Source: Candidatus Krumholzibacteriota bacterium
GTDB taxonomy: Bacteria > Krumholzibacteriota > Krumholzibacteriia > Krumholzibacteriales > WJIX01
NCBI GenBank assembly: GCA_034520215.1
Contig: JAXHNR010000002.1
Span: 78,060 to 142,059 of the forward strand
Direction: 5' to 3'
Length of the DNA: 64,000 nt
The position numbers and the translations under genes were made by a program. Shown here piece after piece: positions 59,754 through 64,000 of the stretch. Under the pieces are notes generated by a model. It did no database searches. It saw only the letters and a list, made by a program, of their open reading frames with translations, and had not been told where the DNA came from. Every line of letters starts with the position of its first letter. The first letter of the stretch is position 1.

Positions 59754-61151
59754 TCACACTCGAGGATTATTAGGGGGATCCAGCTGCCAGTTTCTTACTT
59801 TAAATTCCACATCCGGAATATTTTCAGCCGCATTCCTGCATTTCTCAATATCAACTCCCGGGAAATCCACCGCTGTAACAACACAATTCATATCTGACTC
59901 GGCCGCTCTGGTAATAAATTCCATTACGGCATCATAGGCCTTATAGCCCGCGTCGGGCCTGCAAAGCCGCAGATAGCTGTCTCTGTCGAAGGCATTCATG
60001 CTTACCGAAACAACATCAAAATACTCCTCGAGACGGGGCACAATATCAGACTTGTTTATCATGTTCCCCTGTCCGTTCGTGTCCAGTCTGACAGGTATGC
60101 CGTACTTTTTCAGGGTTTCAGCCACTTTCAATATTACGTCAAGCCTCGCGGTCGGTTCTCCGTATCCGCAGAATACGATTTCCTTAAAAGCCCGCCGGCC
60201 CAGCTCTTCCGCGGCACTTTCTATTATATCTTCTATTTCCGGCTCGGTGAGCAAATTCAGGTTATAGCCGTAAAGCTCATTATTCTTTTTTCCCGCGGGA
60301 CAGAACCGGCAATCATTTGTACAAAAATTAGTTACGTTAAGATAAAGATTATCCTTTATCGAGTAGCTTATACTCTCGGCGGGAGAGTTTTCATTCTGAA
60401 GAACTCTTCTATAATTTGATTCTGTCGCTCTTTCGATATCTTCCGGGGAAACGCCTTTTATATCAGCAACTTTCTCGGCAACAAGTTTGACGTAGGACGG
60501 CTCGTTCCTCTTCCCTCTGTAAGGGACCGGTGGCAGATAGGGACAATCTGTCTCGAGCACAAAACCGCTGGAAGGAAGGCGTTTGACTGCTTCGGGAAGA
60601 CGGGAGTTTTTATATGTAACGGGGCCTCCTATTCCAACAAGAAAACCAAGCCCGAGAATCTCTTCCGCCTCTTTAGTTCCCCCCTGAAACGCGTGAAATA
60701 TCCCCCCTACCTCCCCTGCCCCTTCCCGCTTAATTATCTCAATAACGTCATCGAAGGCTTCCCTGCAATGCACTACTATAGGTTTCCCGAAATAGATCGC
60801 GATAGCGATCTGCTTTTTGAATATTTCCTGCTGAACATCGCGCGGCGAAAGGTCCCGGTAGTAATCCAGCCCTATTTCCCCGACAGCCAACACTTTCTTT
60901 CTAAAAAGGGCCTTCTTTATCTTATCCTCAATATCCATATTCCACTTTTCGGCTTCATGAGGATGTATCCCCACAGCCGCGAACAGGGGACCGTACTTTT
61001 CACTGAGAGCTAAAGTCTCGTCAATCGATTCCGGGTCAAAACTGATACCGACCATTTCCCCCACGCCGGATGAAAGCGCACGCTCTATGACACTCTCGCG
61101 GTCTTCCGCGAATTTCTTCATATTCAGGTGTACGTGTGAGTCAATAAGCAT
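59754..61151 (-). CDS. TatD-family metal-dependent hydrolase fused to a C-terminal radical-SAM domain
   Basis: Complete TatD N-domain (MLIDSHVHL...GEIGLDYY...VHCREA...ETDCPYL, ~255 aa) followed by ~200 aa containing CTNDCRFC (CxxxCxxC) and a GYGEP-type segment. Confidence 0.7.
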   Translation of the reverse strand: MLIDSHVHLNMKKFAEDRESVIERALSSGVGEMVGISFDPESIDETLALSEKYGPLFAAVGIHPHEAEKWNMDIEDKIKKALFRKKVLAVGEIGLDYYRDLSPRDVQQEIFKKQIAIAIYFGKPIVVHCREAFDDVIEIIKREGAGEVGGIFHAFQGGTKEAEEILGLGFLVGIGGPVTYKNSRLPEAVKRLPSSGFVLETDCPYLPPVPYRGKRNEPSYVKLVAEKVADIKGVSPEDIERATESNYRRVLQNENSPAESISYSIKDNLYLNVTNFCTNDCRFCPAGKKNNELYGYNLNLLTEPEIEDIIESAAEELGRRAFKEIVFCGYGEPTARLDVILKVAETLKKYGIPVRLDTNGQGNMINKSDIVPRLEEYFDVVSVSMNAFDRDSYLRLCRPDAGYKAYDAVMEFITRAAESDMNCVVTAVDFPGVDIEKCRNAAENIPDVEFKVRNWQLDPPNNPRV

Positions 61152-61176
61152 ATCTCTTCAGTCCTGACTCCGTGCT

Positions 61177-62694
61177 TCAGTCGTTCTTATCAATCCTGGG
61201 AAAAAGCGGATCCGGTTTACTTAGTCCTTTTATTCCGGATTCATCGAGCGGCAGGGAATCCAATGTGAGATCTTCCGCCCCCAGCCCCCTTAGCATCTCC
61301 GACATTTTATCCGGCATGAACGGAGAAAGAACCACTCCCGCGGTCTTAAGAACCGCGAGCAACTGACGGAATACTTCCGACAACTTTTCGTCCGCGCTTT
61401 CGTCTCCACCCAGTTTCCAGGGTTTTTCCTCCTCGATAAACCGGTTCGCTCTCTGAATGACCCGCCAGAAGGCATCCAGTGCTCTTGAAAACTGCATTTC
61501 GTCCATAAAGCGTATATATTCCGAAAACGCCTCGGAAAGGGGTTTATAAAGAGCCGATTCCGGGCCGAAGGGCCCCGTCTCAACATTACCTCCCAGATAT
61601 TTCACGATCATCGAGGAAGTTCTGCTGAAAAGATTGCCCAGCTCATTGGCAAGCTCCGCGTTATATCGGTTAACCAGCAAATCGATTGAAATATCTCCAT
61701 CCCTGTCAAAAGGCACTTCCCTCATCAGCAGATATCGTAATCCGTCTGTTCCGAATTTTCCTTCAATAATCTCAGGGTCCAGCACGTTGCCTCTCGTCTT
61801 GCTCATTTTTTCACCGGAAAGAGAGATAAATCCGTGAGCAAAAACGCTTTTAGGAAGCGGCTCTCCGGCGGCCATTAACATCGCGGGCCAGATTATACAA
61901 TGAAATCTGGTTATATCTTTTCCGATTACATGAATGTCGGCGGGCCAGTATTTTTCGTACATTTCTCCGTCTCTTCCGTAACCAAGAGCCGATATGTAAC
62001 TTGTCAGAGCGTCGAACCACACATAAATCACGTGCCTGCTGTCAGTCGGCAGCGGAATACCCCAGTCTTTCCCTATTCTCGAAACGGAGATATCCTCCAA
62101 CCCTCCTTTTATCACGTTTACTATTTCATTACGCCTCTTCTCAGGACGGATAAACCGGGGGTTTTTCTCGATATGTTCGAGGAGGGGAGCTTCAAATTTT
62201 TTGAGAGCAAAAAAGTAGTTCTCCTCGTCTATTTCTTTGGGTTCCTGCTTATGCTTGGGGCAGAGACCGTCAACCAGGTCTTTTCCACTTATGAATTCTT
62301 CGCATGATTCACAGTAAAACCCTTTATATCTACCCCTATAGATATACCCCGCGTCATCAATTCTGGAAAAAATTCTCTTTACACTTTCAACGTGCCTCTC
62401 TTCAGTCGTATGTATAAAATCATCAAAGGATATGTTCAGCCCCTTCCACACTCCCCTGAATTCCCCTGACATCTCACGGCAATACTCCAGTACGTCAACA
62501 CCTCTTTTTTTCGCTTCATTGGCGACATTGGCGCTGTGTTCATCATTTCCCATAAGGAAAAAGGTGTCAAACCCCTGCTTTCGTTTATAGCGGGCCATTA
62601 CATCGGCTCCGATCTTCTCATAGGCAGTCCCCAGATGAGGTCTCTGGTTTACATAATCAATCGCCGTTGTTATGTAGAATGTTTTTCTTCCCAT
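61177..62694 (-). CDS. metG: Methionine--tRNA ligase (short form, no C-terminal tRNA-binding domain)
   Basis: Class-I HIGH-type motif NQRPHLGTAYE, KMSKT motif (GEKMSKTRGN), Zn knuckles CESCEEF...CPKH; 505 aa. Confidence 0.9.
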   Translation of the reverse strand: MGRKTFYITTAIDYVNQRPHLGTAYEKIGADVMARYKRKQGFDTFFLMGNDEHSANVANEAKKRGVDVLEYCREMSGEFRGVWKGLNISFDDFIHTTEERHVESVKRIFSRIDDAGYIYRGRYKGFYCESCEEFISGKDLVDGLCPKHKQEPKEIDEENYFFALKKFEAPLLEHIEKNPRFIRPEKRRNEIVNVIKGGLEDISVSRIGKDWGIPLPTDSRHVIYVWFDALTSYISALGYGRDGEMYEKYWPADIHVIGKDITRFHCIIWPAMLMAAGEPLPKSVFAHGFISLSGEKMSKTRGNVLDPEIIEGKFGTDGLRYLLMREVPFDRDGDISIDLLVNRYNAELANELGNLFSRTSSMIVKYLGGNVETGPFGPESALYKPLSEAFSEYIRFMDEMQFSRALDAFWRVIQRANRFIEEEKPWKLGGDESADEKLSEVFRQLLAVLKTAGVVLSPFMPDKMSEMLRGLGAEDLTLDSLPLDESGIKGLSKPDPLFPRIDKND

Positions 62695-62717
62695 CTCCTA
62701 TAAACAGCTCCCTTCAC

Positions 62718-63602
62718 TTATTCTGCTTTTTTATTGTCTGTGTTTTCAGTTGTCTTTTTCTCGCCGGCTGAATCTTCTTCAACAGACTCGTCGAGAAAAG
62801 ACCTAGCCGGAATTTCCACTGTTTCTCCATCCATGTCAGTCATAATAACGCTTCTTTTGAAGAAATTTGTCTTCTCCACTCTGTACTGTTTGTCCTTGTA
62901 CCTGACATTACTGCCGCTTTTAGGTATACCCTTCATAAAATCCTTGTACTCATCCAGTTCAAAGGCGAGACAGCACATCAGCCTGCCGCAAACTCCCGAA
63001 ATCTTTGCCGGCGTCAGAGGAAGATTCTGTTCCTTCGCCATCTTAAGCGTGATCGGGTTAAAATTCTTTATAAAAAGAGAACAGCAGAGTCTTCTCCCGC
63101 ACATCCCGACTCCGTCAAACCTTCTGGCCTCATCCCTTACTCCAATCTGGCGGAGGTCTATCCGTGTTTTGAAAACCGCGGCCAGATCCCTTACCAATTC
63201 CCTGAAATCTATCCTTTTATCTGAAGTAAAATAAAATGTTATTTTGTTCCCGTCGAACTGCCACTCTACATCAACCAGTTTCATTGGGAGTTTATGTTCA
63301 TCCACTTTCTGCTGGCAAATCTCGAGAGCCTCATCTTCTTTTTTATGGGCTTCTTCGATTTCCTTCATATCGGAGTCAGTTGCATGTCTTAAGATATGCT
63401 TCTCAATATCTTTGAGCTCTTCACCTCTCCCCGTGTAAATATCCATGATTATACCAATATCTTCACCCCTGTCTGCTTCCACTATACAGTAGTTCCCCTC
63501 TTTCAGATACAGCTGTTTAGCGTTAAGAAACAGTTCTTTCCTTAAAGATTTGAATTTGACTTCGACTATTTCCATAACTCTCTCCGGGGGCTGAATATTC
63601 AT
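62718..63602 (-). CDS. PSP1-domain protein (RicT/YaaT-like)
   Basis: Conserved Cys cluster GVCGRLMCCLAFE and FDGVGMCGRRLCC typical of PSP1/YaaT; located next to holB as in B. subtilis. Confidence 0.75.
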   Translation of the reverse strand: MNIQPPERVMEIVEVKFKSLRKELFLNAKQLYLKEGNYCIVEADRGEDIGIIMDIYTGRGEELKDIEKHILRHATDSDMKEIEEAHKKEDEALEICQQKVDEHKLPMKLVDVEWQFDGNKITFYFTSDKRIDFRELVRDLAAVFKTRIDLRQIGVRDEARRFDGVGMCGRRLCCSLFIKNFNPITLKMAKEQNLPLTPAKISGVCGRLMCCLAFELDEYKDFMKGIPKSGSNVRYKDKQYRVEKTNFFKRSVIMTDMDGETVEIPARSFLDESVEEDSAGEKKTTENTDNKKAE

Positions 63603-63664
63603 ATCAATACTCTACGGTTTTAGCTTATAGAACCAAAACCTGCCGCTATGGATATGGCTTCAAT

Positions 63665-64000
63665 TTAATACCACTCGCCCGCCAAATCAAGCATGAGTTG
63701 GAGGAGGGTCAGTTCGACATCGGCGTTTCTGGAAAGATTTTCAGACGCTTTGAATATTTTTTCTAAATCGGCTGGTATATTCCTCTTCTTGGCCCCGGCT
63801 ATTCTTTCTCTTCCCAGTTCGGCTAGGACCGCCTCTTGCAGTTCTCCCCTTTTCTGATCACTTTTCATTAAAATGCGAAAGACTCTGGCGATTTCCTCAA
63901 GGAGTGCCGCGAGCTCTTCACGGTCGTACTCTACGGCCAGCGCTTCTGTTTCAAGAGTAATATTTCTTCCTTCCCCGTCGAGGATTAATCCGACGATCCG
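63665..64000 (-). CDS. Partial CDS (C-terminal part; open to window edge), likely DNA polymerase III delta' subunit (HolB) by synteny
   Basis: The frame stays open from 64000 down to the stop at 63665 (...RIVGLILDGEGRNITLETEALAVEYDREELAALLEEIARVFRILMKSDQKR...). The call rests on holB-ricT-metG-tatD-ksgA order, not on motifs. Confidence 0.4.
   Translation of the reverse strand, partial: RIVGLILDGEGRNITLETEALAVEYDREELAALLEEIARVFRILMKSDQKRGELQEAVLAELGRERIAGAKKRNIPADLEKIFKASENLSRNADVELTLLQLMLDLAGEWY

Overview
This looks like a bacterial chromosomal segment of moderate GC (roughly 45-50% by eye) that is densely coding with no rRNA, tRNA or CRISPR array. The organism is probably a diderm, given the lipoproteins, a C-terminal-Phe beta-barrel OMP and SecDF. 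It keeps the Firmicute-like order holB-ricT(PSP1)-metG-tatD-ksgA.

The housekeeping genes recognised from motifs are priA, tsaD, thiL, nnr, secD, secF, ligA, ald, an Acs/PrpE-type acyl-CoA synthetase, pdxJ, rsmA(ksgA), metG, a PSP1/RicT protein and a partial holB.

The accessory content is: (1) a five-gene c-di-GMP/two-component locus on the minus strand (REC, two tandem paralogous membrane HK-GAF-HD-GYP hybrids, a sensor-less HK, REC-GGDEF with a GGDDF variant); (2) a cluster of a DUF4175-like ~1100-aa coiled-coil membrane protein, a DUF4159-like secreted protein and a 1621-aa polytopic HAMP-PAS histidine kinase; (3) a tandem GH57 alpha-glucan locus with a Rho_N/DUF4912 protein; (4) a TatD hydrolase fused to a radical-SAM domain; (5) a GAF-PP2C phosphatase.

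The most striking finding is a previously unannotated family of three 307-bp non-autonomous mobile elements (MITE-like), all in the same orientation. Each is flanked by perfect 9-14 bp direct repeats (target-site duplications). Each carries imperfect terminal inverted repeats and an internal 25-bp inverted repeat kept intact by compensatory substitutions between copies. A GC-rich core holds a hairpin with covarying base pairs and a C(UUCG)G tetraloop, which suggests a structured RNA. Two copies bracket a lipoprotein gene next to a lipoprotein/OMP module. The third sits beside a high-GC islet (DUF456 gene) and a truncated GGDEF gene fragment.
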